Source of the DNA: an uncultured Pseudomonadales bacterium
GTDB taxonomy: Bacteria; Patescibacteriota; Microgenomatia; UBA1400; UBA12028
Length of the DNA: 54,422 nucleotides
Assembly (NCBI GenBank): GCA_964492495.1
Contig: CAZBKJ010000003.1
Location: forward strand, 1 to 54,422
Direction of reading: 5' to 3'
Made by a program: the position numbers and the translations under genes
Shown: in pieces, positions 17,626 through 25,741 of the stretch
Layout of the letters: every line of letters starts with the position of its first letter
How positions within the stretch are numbered: the stretch's first letter is position 1
The notes under the pieces: generated by a model
What the model saw: the letters and a program-made list of their open reading frames with translations, nothing else
Told to the model about the DNA's origin: nothing
Databases searched by the model: none

Positions 17626-18732
17626 ATGAAAACAGTTGCGCTGTATTCCCCATATATCCCCAAACATAGCGGAGGCGGTGAAAGATACTTGCTTTCTATT
17701 GCTGAAAGCTCTAGCAGATCGGCTGATACCTTCCTACTCGTTTCAAAAGCGCAAGTTGTGCAGACTGAAAAGAAGCTGCGCGTGTATGAAAAAACGTTTG
17801 GTCTTGATCTTTCAAAGGTACAAGTGCGAAGTACAGTCATTGGTTCTCCCCGCTCAAGTGTGCAGATTTTCCAAGAAACAAGAAAATACGATGTACTTTT
17901 TGCGATGACGGATGGAAGTTTTTTTGCCAGTGGTGCGAAAAAATCTCACCTGATTATTCAGGTGCCATGGATGCGAAAACTTTCTGTTTTTGAATCACTC
18001 AAACTGTCGACCTGGAAGAGTATTATCGTATACTCCGATTTTGTCGGGGAAATACTCAAAAAATCTTGGAAAACATCAAAAATTCAGGTTCTTTCTCCGT
18101 ATGTGGATGTTCATGACTTCCACCCACTCGAAAGTGTACAAAAAGAGAAACTGATTATCTCAGTTGGGCGCTTTTTTTCACATGCCAAGAGTAATAGCAA
18201 AAAACAAGATATCCTCATTGAAGCGTTTAAGCTGTTTAGCGACACCCACCCAAAGGATCAGTGGCACTTGGCACTTTTGGGATCAGTTGATCCTAACCCA
18301 GATAGTTATGCGTATATAAAAAAATTGAAAGAACATGCAAGAGGATATAGTGTGAGTATTCATACTGATTTGTCCTACGATGCACTTCGGTCGTTTTATC
18401 AGCGTGCAAGCATGTATTGGCATGCTGCAGGATATGAAGTGAATGAATCCACGCATCCTGAGAATACGGAACACTTTGGAATCACTACCTTGGAAGCGAT
18501 GGCATCTGGGTGTATTCCTATCGTCGTTCCAAAAGGAGGCCAACAAGAGGTTGTGGATGACCCTACTCTGTACTGGAATACTCCAACAGAATTACTTCAA
18601 AAAACTCAAACTGTCCTAACGCATCTTGAAAGAAAAGATGAAGAATTTGATAGGATTAGTACGAAAATGCAGTCCCAGGTTCACAAATACACAAAAGAGG
18701 TGTTTGCAAATCAAGTTAAAAAAATACTATGA
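17626..18732 (+). CDS. GT4 (group 1, GT-B fold) glycosyltransferase
   Basis: The C-terminal E-x7-E region EHFGITTLEAMASGCIPIV is present, at a typical GT4 length of 368 aa. Confidence 0.85.
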   Translation: MKTVALYSPYIPKHSGGGERYLLSIAESSSRSADTFLLVSKAQVVQTEKKLRVYEKTFGLDLSKVQVRSTVIGSPRSSVQIFQETRKYDVLFAMTDGSFFASGAKKSHLIIQVPWMRKLSVFESLKLSTWKSIIVYSDFVGEILKKSWKTSKIQVLSPYVDVHDFHPLESVQKEKLIISVGRFFSHAKSNSKKQDILIEAFKLFSDTHPKDQWHLALLGSVDPNPDSYAYIKKLKEHARGYSVSIHTDLSYDALRSFYQRASMYWHAAGYEVNESTHPENTEHFGITTLEAMASGCIPIVVPKGGQQEVVDDPTLYWNTPTELLQKTQTVLTHLERKDEEFDRISTKMQSQVHKYTKEVFANQVKKIL

Positions 18733-19634
18733 ATGTTTCCGTTGTCATTCCTACCTACAGTGGGAAAGCCCAGCTTTCAAAAAACCTTCCTTCAGTCTTT
18801 GACGCGCTTTTAAAAGGAGATGAGCTACTCATTGTCGAGGACGCAGGAACGGATGATACTGTTTCATTTTTGACAAAGACTTACTCACTGCATAGATCAA
18901 AAGATCCTGCTCCAGCTGCCTCAAACGTCTCTGTCGGTTCACACCACGGTGTATCTATCGTTCTTATTGAAAGTGAGCAAAACAGAAGATTTGCAGCTAC
19001 CTGCAATCTTGGTGTGTCGCTGGCAAAACATGCGGTGATTATATTGCTCAATAATGACGTGTCAGTTCAAAAGAACTTTCGACAACCATTACTCACTCAT
19101 TTTGCAGAAAACAGCGTGTTCGCTGTTGGATGTAAAGAAATCGCCACTTCTGAAGGCAATAAAGAGTATGGTCGAGCAGAAGGTTGGTTTGAGCGAGGGT
19201 TTTTTGTGCATAAGCGTGCTGATAATCAGAATGGATCAGATACTGCCTGGGTAGCGGGAGGTAGTGGAGCATTTCGAAAGAGTATGTGGGATGAGCTTGA
19301 GGGTTTTGACACTGACTATAAGCCTGCGTATTGGGAAGATATTGATTTGTCGTATAGAGCACAACAAAAGGGATGGAAGACGCTCTTTGAACCACAATCT
19401 ATTGTGTTTCATAATCATGAATCGACAAATAGTAGTGTTTTTGGAAAAAAACAAATGGAAATAATGGCATACAAGAATCAGATTCTGTTTATGTGGAAGA
19501 ATGCGTCATCCTCTCAACTCATCAGTCATTTTGCCTGGTTACCATATCACCTAGTCTTTACGACCTTGAGGTCTCATGGTACCTTTCTTCATGGTCTAGT
19601 AAAAGCACTCCAAACAACGCTAGGTTTCTCATGA
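18729..19634 (+). CDS. GT2 glycosyltransferase
   Basis: VSVVIPTYSG, VEDAGTDDT, LLNNDVSV and YWEDIDLSYRAQQKGWK. It has an ATGA overlap with the upstream stop. Confidence 0.8.
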   Translation: MNVSVVIPTYSGKAQLSKNLPSVFDALLKGDELLIVEDAGTDDTVSFLTKTYSLHRSKDPAPAASNVSVGSHHGVSIVLIESEQNRRFAATCNLGVSLAKHAVIILLNNDVSVQKNFRQPLLTHFAENSVFAVGCKEIATSEGNKEYGRAEGWFERGFFVHKRADNQNGSDTAWVAGGSGAFRKSMWDELEGFDTDYKPAYWEDIDLSYRAQQKGWKTLFEPQSIVFHNHESTNSSVFGKKQMEIMAYKNQILFMWKNASSSQLISHFAWLPYHLVFTTLRSHGTFLHGLVKALQTTLGFS

Positions 19635-20257
19635 AAACAATTATTTGTTCTGATATTCATCTAACGGCTGTATTTGAAGAGGCAAAGTATGCCTATTTAG
19701 AAAAGCTATTTTCATCATGCGATCAACTCATCATCAATGGAGATTTTTGGGATGGATATGAAACCACGTTTACAAAATTTTCACGCTCAGCGTGGAAAGA
19801 ACTATTCCCACTGATGAAACAGAAAAACGCCATCTATTTGTATGGTAATCATGACAAAGAGGAATGGACAAAAGATGCTACATTATTTTCAATGAAGCAG
19901 GTGGACGTCTACACGATTCAAGCAGGAAAAGCAGTTCTTCACATCGAGCATGGTCATCGGATCGCACCGAGTTTCGATATGATGTATCCCAAACTCGCAA
20001 ATTTTTTAAGCACCTTTTTTTCTGGGCGACGGTTTCGTTTTGCATATGGACTTCGCGCTTGGGAAAACATCCAGATGAAGCAGTACGCAGCCAACCAGTT
20101 ACCAGAAAATCAGATCCTTGTCTGTGGACATTCACATATCGCGGAGTTTAATAAAAAACGCAGATTTATCAACCTGGGTGCCATTGACTCAGGCATCGCA
20201 TCGTACGTCTTGATCTCTGGATCAAACATCAAGCTCGTACTAGAAACGTACGGTTAG
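19631..20257 (+). CDS. Calcineurin-like metallophosphoesterase
   Basis: Start set to ATG 19631 (ATGA overlap), because the upstream 46 codons of the listed ORF overlap the GT2 gene. Motifs are CSDIHL (DxH), INGDFWD (GD), GNHD, EHGH and GHSH. Confidence 0.75.
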   Translation: MKTIICSDIHLTAVFEEAKYAYLEKLFSSCDQLIINGDFWDGYETTFTKFSRSAWKELFPLMKQKNAIYLYGNHDKEEWTKDATLFSMKQVDVYTIQAGKAVLHIEHGHRIAPSFDMMYPKLANFLSTFFSGRRFRFAYGLRAWENIQMKQYAANQLPENQILVCGHSHIAEFNKKRRFINLGAIDSGIASYVLISGSNIKLVLETYG

Positions 20258-20259
20258 TC

Positions 20260-20859
20260 TTATGACCAACGCTTCTCGACTTCAAGCCAATTGATAACGT
20301 TCCACCATGCTGCAATGTAATCTGGTCTCTTGTTTTGGTATTTCAGATAGTACGCATGCTCCCAAACATCTATCCCGAGCAGAGGTGTTGCCTTTTCCAT
20401 ATATGGTGAGTCTTGGTTTGGGTATGACTTCACTTCAAGTTTTCCGTCTGCTGTTTTGATCAACCACACCCAACCTGAACCAAAGTGATTTGTCGCTAAG
20501 AGCGTAAATTTTTCAACGAACGCTTGCCAAGTTTTGAATTCTTTTTCAATATCACTTTTTATCATGGATGAAGGTTCTAGCTTTTCACCTGTCAAAATTG
20601 TCCAGAAAATTGAGTGATTACTATGGCCTCCACCATGGTTTTTGATCATCGGTTTACTATCCTCTGGCACTTTATCAATATTTTGAAGTAATTCTTCAAC
20701 TGTGGGATAGGAAATTTCTGGATGGAGCGCTAAAGCTGCATTGAGCTTATCAACGTAGGTTTGATGATGTTTGTCATGATGAAGCTTCATCGTTTCTGCA
20801 TCTATGAAAGGTTCCAATGCGTTGAATTCGTATGGAAGTGCTGGAAGTGAATACTGCAT
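20260..20859 (-). CDS. sod: Fe/Mn-family superoxide dismutase
   Basis: LPALPYEFNALEPFID..TMKLHHDKHHQTYV and the metal-ligand block DVWEHAYYLKYQNKRPDYI are present. A GGAGA Shine-Dalgarno lies 6 nt upstream (20866-20870 on the - strand). Confidence 0.93.
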   Translation of the reverse strand: MQYSLPALPYEFNALEPFIDAETMKLHHDKHHQTYVDKLNAALALHPEISYPTVEELLQNIDKVPEDSKPMIKNHGGGHSNHSIFWTILTGEKLEPSSMIKSDIEKEFKTWQAFVEKFTLLATNHFGSGWVWLIKTADGKLEVKSYPNQDSPYMEKATPLLGIDVWEHAYYLKYQNKRPDYIAAWWNVINWLEVEKRWS

Positions 20860-20997
20860 AGAGTTTCTCCTAAATATTAATACAATGAATATCCTGATTC
20901 TGTTAGCAAACTATACGAACAAATGGATCAAGATTCAATTATCAGATCGTCCTGTGATATCCAAGAAAATTGAAGGTAATAGATCTGTAAGAGGTTT

Positions 20998-22581
20998 ATG
21001 CAGTACAATGGAATTATTGTGAAAGTTACACTACTGTTGTTCTGTATCATTATTCTGGCTTTTCTCAGCCGATTCTATCAACTCGGCTCTTTTCCATCGG
21101 GAATGACTTGGGATGAAACAGCTATAGGATATAACGCATACGGTTTGGTGGTCAATCATCGAGATGAGTGGCTCAAAAGAACGCCGGTTGTTTTCCAATC
21201 ATTTGGCGACTATAAATCTCCGCTTTTGATCTATCTCACTTCACTCCCTGTTGCTCTTTTTGGCTTAAACGCATTGTCTGTCCGACTACCTGTGGCAATC
21301 TCTGGGCTTGGTCTTGTGGTTGTTACCTACTTTTTATCAAAAGAAATTTTTTTGCTCCATGAGAAGAAAGAAAACCGTTTCGGGTGGGTGTATCCACTTT
21401 TTGCCACTTTTTGCATAACTATTTCCCCTTGGGCAGTTCATTTTTCACGAATGGGATTTGAATCAATGCTGTCTGCGTTCTTGGTAAGTCTGGGGGTTTT
21501 GGGGCTCTTGCTTTGGAAAAGAACTCAGGCTGTGCGTCTTTCGATTCTTTTTCTTGTTGGTGGGTGTTTGAGTTTTGTTTTGGCTCTCTACGCATACCAT
21601 AGTGCAAAAGTTGTCGTACCGCTGACTATGCTTATTTTAATTCCTGTTTTTTGGACGAAAGCTGCGACACATTTCAAACAGATAGCTCTTGCAGTAGTTG
21701 TTTCCTGTGTTGCTATCTCACCACTCATCTATGTAACGGTGTATGGCAAAGCAAATGAGCGTGCGCTTTCAACAACAATTTTTAGTAAGCCAAATGCGCT
21801 CAGTCAGTTTGTTCAAAACTACGGGGAGCATCTTTCTTTGGAGTTTTTACTCAAAGGGAAGGACGTAACGTTTCGGCATGGTACGAAAGAGATGGGAGTT
21901 TCATTTCCCATTGAACTCATTCTTTTTTGTGTCGGTCTTCTTTCTATATTGCTCAAGAAAGACAAAAGATCAATGTGGTGGATCCCTGCATTGTTTTTCA
22001 CTGGATTGATTCCTGCGGCTCTTGGGACAGACATTCCGCACGCGAATCGATCCTTGTTATCTTTGCCATGGTTACAGATAACTGCAGCAATCGGTTTGTC
22101 TTCAGTTGCTACACAAGTATCTTCCTGCGTTGAGAAAAGAAACATCCACCTACGTACCTATAGTGTGTATACAGTTTTCTTTCTGGTGTTTTTATTTGTG
22201 AGTCACAGTTTTTATAACTATGTTCGAACGTACAAAAGAGTTTTTACCTCTGTCGCGCCGTTGTCTGAGATGGGATATGGCTATAAAGAAGCGATAGCGT
22301 ACGCAATTGAGCATGAAAACGAAGTCGATACTGTCTATTTTACGAATTTTTATGGACAGGCATATATTTATTTGTTGTTTTTCAAACAACTTACACCCAT
22401 AGAATACAGAGGTGGTGCGCTCGCTAACTACACAATCACGGACAAACCGTATGAAGATTCCAGAGGTCGATCGCGAGTCCTTCTCATTGGAACAGGTGAT
22501 CAAATCCCTACAACTGGCAATGTTGTGAAGGAAATACTGTATCCTGATGGGAAAGTGGCGTTTCGGATTGTGAAACAGTGA
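20998..22581 (+). CDS. GT-C glycosyltransferase (GT39/PMT-ArnT-like), WDE...FGDYK subfamily
   Basis: The MTWDETAIGYNAYGL...HRDEWL...FQSFGDYKSPLLIY first loop, AISPWAVHFSR and many TM segments are present. It is paralogous to 23180-24889 and 25742-27411 (-). Confidence 0.75.
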   Translation: MQYNGIIVKVTLLLFCIIILAFLSRFYQLGSFPSGMTWDETAIGYNAYGLVVNHRDEWLKRTPVVFQSFGDYKSPLLIYLTSLPVALFGLNALSVRLPVAISGLGLVVVTYFLSKEIFLLHEKKENRFGWVYPLFATFCITISPWAVHFSRMGFESMLSAFLVSLGVLGLLLWKRTQAVRLSILFLVGGCLSFVLALYAYHSAKVVVPLTMLILIPVFWTKAATHFKQIALAVVVSCVAISPLIYVTVYGKANERALSTTIFSKPNALSQFVQNYGEHLSLEFLLKGKDVTFRHGTKEMGVSFPIELILFCVGLLSILLKKDKRSMWWIPALFFTGLIPAALGTDIPHANRSLLSLPWLQITAAIGLSSVATQVSSCVEKRNIHLRTYSVYTVFFLVFLFVSHSFYNYVRTYKRVFTSVAPLSEMGYGYKEAIAYAIEHENEVDTVYFTNFYGQAYIYLLFFKQLTPIEYRGGALANYTITDKPYEDSRGRSRVLLIGTGDQIPTTGNVVKEILYPDGKVAFRIVKQ

Positions 22582-22593
22582 GGAGAGGACAGA

Positions 22594-22649
22594 GGCAAGG
22601 GGCAAGGGGTCAGAGGCAAGGGGCAAGGTATCAGAGGTCAGGTTTCAGG
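22594..22649. repeat. Clean heptad array (8 units) with a 21-nt super-repeat
   Basis: ggcaagg ggcaagg ggtcaga ggcaagg ggcaagg tatcaga ggtcagg tttcagg. A weaker 7-nt periodicity continues to about 22701. Confidence 0.9.
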
Positions 22650-22701
22650 GACGATGCATACGAAGACGATAGCGGGTACTAGGTACGAGTAGATAGCAGG
22701 A

Positions 22702-22775
22702 ACGAGATAGTAGATACGAAAGGGATCCTTCGACTACGGCTAGCTGAGCTAGCCTGCGCTCAGGATGACACACAC
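22702..22775. repeat. 74-nt intergenic element, copy 2
   Basis: 70 of 74 positions are identical to 17339-17412. The central palindrome ggctagc tga gctagcc is perfect. Confidence 0.9.
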
Positions 22776-22820
22776 AGAGAAGTTGAAAAAGTCTAGGTAC
22801 GAGTAATGAGTGAAGAGAGA

Positions 22821-22899
22821 ACTTCTCGACTGCGGCTAGCTGAGCTAGCCTGCGCTCGAAGAATAAAAAGAATGCGCCTCATCGCTCGAAGAATAAAAT
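22821..22899. repeat. Hairpin element with CTTCTCGACTGC...GCTCGAAGAATAAAA flanks, plus a second partial tail copy
   Basis: acttctcgactgc-GGCTAGC-tga-GCTAGCC-tgcgctcgaagaataaaaag is followed by gcgcctcatcgctcgaagaataaaatg. The flanks resemble those of the 3277-3335 element (gcttctccactcc...gtagtcgaagaataaaagg), but the stem differs. Confidence 0.8.
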
Positions 22900-22930
22900 G
22901 GGATTGACAAACGAGAGGAAAAAAATAAAA

Positions 22931-22936
22931 AGGAGG
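22931..22936 (+). promoter_or_regulatory. Shine-Dalgarno AGGAGG for the DUF1653-like gene
   Basis: A perfect AGGAGG lies 5 nt upstream of ATG 22942. Confidence 0.6.
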
Positions 22937-22941
22937 ATTCT

Positions 22942-23175
22942 ATGGAAGATCAGAACAGAAAAATAGTTGTTGGAGGCACATACAAGCACTTCAAAGGAAA
23001 TAGATACTTTGTTCTGGCAGTTGGAAAACACAGTGAGACGCAGGAAGATCTCGTTGTGTATCTGCCTTTATACGTATCAGATCATACGCAGGTCTGGGTA
23101 CGTCCACTCTCGATGTTTTTGGAAGAGATTGAGCTTGATGGAAAAAAAATTGAGCGTTTCATGCTTGTGAAGTAA
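22942..23175 (+). CDS. DUF1653-like small protein
   Basis: 77 aa. The YKHFKGNRYFVLAVGKHSETQEDLVVYLPLY...VWVRPLSMF pattern matches the DUF1653 family as I recall it. A strong AGGAGG Shine-Dalgarno lies 5 nt upstream. Confidence 0.65.
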   Translation: MEDQNRKIVVGGTYKHFKGNRYFVLAVGKHSETQEDLVVYLPLYVSDHTQVWVRPLSMFLEEIELDGKKIERFMLVK

Positions 23176-23179
23176 TCGT

Positions 23180-24889
23180 ATGATTGAAAAAATACTCCAT
23201 ATTTTTCAAAAGCAACATATTTTGTTGGTATTTTTTATTATTTTTCTTGCAGGATTTTTTCGTATCTACAGACTTGACCAAGTTCCTCCCTCACCATATT
23301 GGGAAGAGGTAGCACTAGGTTACGATGCATATTCAATACGAACAACAGGCAAGGATCATCATGGAAATTCCTATCCAATGATCGCATTTCCATCATTTGG
23401 AGATTACAAACCCAGCGGGTATTTCTATGCAATCGTTCCTTTTGTCAGAGCTCTTGGCCTAAACATCTGGTCAGTGCGATTGCCTTCAGCGATCGCTGGA
23501 ATACTTTCGGTGGGGTTTGTGTATCTGATTGGCAAGGAGTTATTTGGTAAAAATACTGCAGTTATTTCATCCTTCGTATTCGCCATTTCGCCCTGGGCTA
23601 TTCAGTTTTCTCGAGGAGGGTGGGAGGTAAACCTGTCCATGACCATGATTCTTGCTGGAAGCTGGTTTTTACTTCTTGCCAAGAAAAAGCCACAGTTCCT
23701 GCTCCTTGCGGCAGTCTTTTTTGGTCTTTCAATGTATACGTATCATGCAGCTCGATTATTTGCTCCCATCGTTGGAGGCGTAGGTGGACTGGCCGTGTTG
23801 TACGGATGGTTTTTAGAAAAGAATCAAAATTCAAAATTCAAAATTCAAACCTTCGTACTCATTCATACAAAAAAATTGGGAGTCTTATTCTTATCTTTAA
23901 TCATTGCTTTTATTTTTGTGTTTCCATTCATTGCGAATGTCCAAAATAAAGAAGTTTCGTCTCGCTTTAGTGACACCAGTATTTTTTCTGATATCTCACC
24001 TATACTTCTAAGCAACGCTAAGAAAGAAGAGTACGGAAATTCAGTTTTTGCACGCTTGGTGTATCATCGCTATCGATACTTTGCGCAGATTATTTTCTCT
24101 CAGTGGTCATCTCACTTTTCTCCAAGCTTTTTATTTGTTCGCGGCGATGGAAACTTGAGACACTGGAATGGGAATACGGGAGAATTGTATCCCTTTGATG
24201 CTCTGTTTATTATCGTTTCTCTGCTATGTATTCTTTTCTTCCTGTACAGAAAAATCCAAAATCCAAAATCCAAACTCCAAAACGCACAAATACTTCTTAT
24301 CGTATGGATAATGGTTGCAGCAATTGCTCCATCTCTGGTTACACCGGCACCTCATGCACTGCGATTTTTATACGCTGCACCAGCATTTTCATTGCTTGTT
24401 GCTGTGGGGATCACTCAGTTTTCTGCGCTCCTGACCAAAAAACATCGTCTCGTATTTCTTTTTGTTGTTTTTGTCATCTATCTTTTTTCCTGTAGTCGAT
24501 ACTTTAGTTTGTACATGACAGCCTACCCAGTACAAGCATCTGCGGATTGGCAGTATGGGTATGAACAGCTCTACAGTTGGATCTTTCTACACAAGCAAGC
24601 CAATGAGCAAGTCTACATTTCTCGAAAGCTTGGAAGGCCAGCGATGTATTATCTGTTCTATTCGCACTATGATCCAAGCACGCTACAAGCAATTGAACCG
24701 ACCTTGCCAAAAGACCAACTAGAATTGTTACGAATTGATGACTATCATTTTACCGATAACCCTCCTTTGGATTCTTCTGGAATCTACGCGGTGCTACCTG
24801 GGGCGGTTATAGAAGGCGGCAAGATAATGACAACTATCCTTGACCAAAGTGACAATGCAGTCTGGGTTATTTGGAGAAAAATACTATGA
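23180..24889 (+). CDS. GT-C glycosyltransferase (GT39/PMT-ArnT-like), WEE...FGDYK subfamily
   Basis: PYWEEVALGYDAYSIRTTGKDHHGNSYPMIAFPSFGDYKPSGYFY, AISPWAIQFSR and a multi-TM layout. It contains two heptanucleotide tracts (23825-23852 and 24251-24285). Confidence 0.75.
   Translation: MIEKILHIFQKQHILLVFFIIFLAGFFRIYRLDQVPPSPYWEEVALGYDAYSIRTTGKDHHGNSYPMIAFPSFGDYKPSGYFYAIVPFVRALGLNIWSVRLPSAIAGILSVGFVYLIGKELFGKNTAVISSFVFAISPWAIQFSRGGWEVNLSMTMILAGSWFLLLAKKKPQFLLLAAVFFGLSMYTYHAARLFAPIVGGVGGLAVLYGWFLEKNQNSKFKIQTFVLIHTKKLGVLFLSLIIAFIFVFPFIANVQNKEVSSRFSDTSIFSDISPILLSNAKKEEYGNSVFARLVYHRYRYFAQIIFSQWSSHFSPSFLFVRGDGNLRHWNGNTGELYPFDALFIIVSLLCILFFLYRKIQNPKSKLQNAQILLIVWIMVAAIAPSLVTPAPHALRFLYAAPAFSLLVAVGITQFSALLTKKHRLVFLFVVFVIYLFSCSRYFSLYMTAYPVQASADWQYGYEQLYSWIFLHKQANEQVYISRKLGRPAMYYLFYSHYDPSTLQAIEPTLPKDQLELLRIDDYHFTDNPPLDSSGIYAVLPGAVIEGGKIMTTILDQSDNAVWVIWRKIL
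23825..23852 (+). repeat. Heptanucleotide tandem repeat (CAAAATT)x3 plus CAAACCT inside the GT-C gene
   Basis: caaaatt caaaatt caaaatt caaacct. It encodes the NSKFKIQT loop. Confidence 0.95.
24251..24285 (+). repeat. Heptanucleotide tandem repeat (AAAATCC)x3 plus AAACTCC plus AAAACGC inside the GT-C gene
   Basis: aaaatcc aaaatcc aaaatcc aaactcc aaaacgc. The interval 24250-24280 matches 197-227 in ugd at 30 of 31 nt. Confidence 0.95.
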
Positions 24890-25740
24890 AACCGCATACT
24901 CTTTCAGTTGTCATCGCGACGCATAATGAAGAAGCATCGATTGGGAAGTGTCTTGATTCTGTGAAAAGTATCGCGAATGAAGTTTTGGTTGCTGATGGGG
25001 AAAGTACTGATAACACGGTCAAAATTGCCAAGGAAAAAGGCGCAACCGTACTCCCAATGAGTAATAAAAGAATGTTTCACAAGAACAAGGAAGAGGCGAA
25101 GAAACATGCAAAAAGTGAATGGATACTTTTTTTGGATGCTGATGAAATCATCACAACAAAACTTGCTAAAGAAATTCAGGCAGTGGTTAGTGGTACATAC
25201 GTACAAGTTTCACAGCCAAACCGTCTTTTTGCTCTACACATGCGAAATATTGAAGTTCGCGACAAGATTTCGTTTTCACAATCAGCGCCAATGTATGGAT
25301 ACTTTATCGCTCGAAAAAACTATTTTTTAGGACGTTTTCTTATGCACTCAGGAGTGTATCCTGATGGCGTCATACGCCTGGTGAAAAATGGCCACGGATA
25401 CTGGCCTTGTAAAGATGTCCACGAAACAATGATTGTGGATGGAGGTGTTTCATGGCTTCAAGAACCGATGATACATATGGCTGATCCAAGCTTTGCACGG
25501 TATCTTGCTCGTGCGAACAGGTACACGACGCTTACAGCAGACAATCTGCGTACGCGACAAGTTGGAACCTCCATTTTCACAGTATTGCAATTTATGGTTT
25601 GGCTCCCAGTCAAAACGTTTGTAGTGCTTTTTATCAGACACAAAGGGTTTTTGGATGGGTTTAGTGGTTTCGTGTGGTCACTGATGAGTGGACTGCATTT
25701 TCCTATCGCCTATTTGAAGTACCTCCAAAACAAAACATAA
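24886..25740 (+). CDS. GT2 glycosyltransferase (WaaE/KdtX-like subfamily), paralogue 3
   Basis: Start at ATG 24886 (ATGA overlap with the upstream stop). Motifs are LSVVIATHNEE, VADGESTDNT, FLDADEII and GRFLMHSGVYPDGVIRLVKNG. The C-terminus has TM-like segments. Confidence 0.8.
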   Translation: MKPHTLSVVIATHNEEASIGKCLDSVKSIANEVLVADGESTDNTVKIAKEKGATVLPMSNKRMFHKNKEEAKKHAKSEWILFLDADEIITTKLAKEIQAVVSGTYVQVSQPNRLFALHMRNIEVRDKISFSQSAPMYGYFIARKNYFLGRFLMHSGVYPDGVIRLVKNGHGYWPCKDVHETMIVDGGVSWLQEPMIHMADPSFARYLARANRYTTLTADNLRTRQVGTSIFTVLQFMVWLPVKTFVVLFIRHKGFLDGFSGFVWSLMSGLHFPIAYLKYLQNKT

Positions 25741-25741
25741 G

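Noticed and set aside
19493-19630. N-terminal extensions proposed by the ORF track. This one, and those at 1106, 2173, 9753, 39231, 46594, 47699, 49531 and 52439.
   Set aside because: The extensions overlap the preceding gene and lack family-like sequence. In each case an internal ATG sits at or next to the upstream stop, often as ATGA, directly before the conserved N-terminus.
22192-22626. 144-aa - strand ORF. Similar antisense ORFs occur at 29870-30313, 7377-7778, 13806-14162 and 26715-26957.
   Set aside because: All are embedded antisense in long ORFs with clear family motifs or TM periodicity. Such shadow ORFs are expected in AT-rich coding DNA.
2107-22870. Clustering of 6-bp restriction palindromes (ACTAGT, GGATCC, GCTAGC, CTCGAG) in the spacers, suggesting vector or synthetic DNA
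   Set aside because: The sites are integral parts of degenerate repeat units and hairpin stems that vary between copies. The surrounding genes form a coherent native locus, so a natural palindromic repeat family is the simpler explanation.
22904-22936. TTGACA...TAAAAA as a confident promoter for the DUF1653 gene
   Set aside because: The putative -10 overlaps the AGGAGG ribosome-binding site, so a transcript starting there would lack its Shine-Dalgarno. It is kept only as a weak parallel to the 17589 box.
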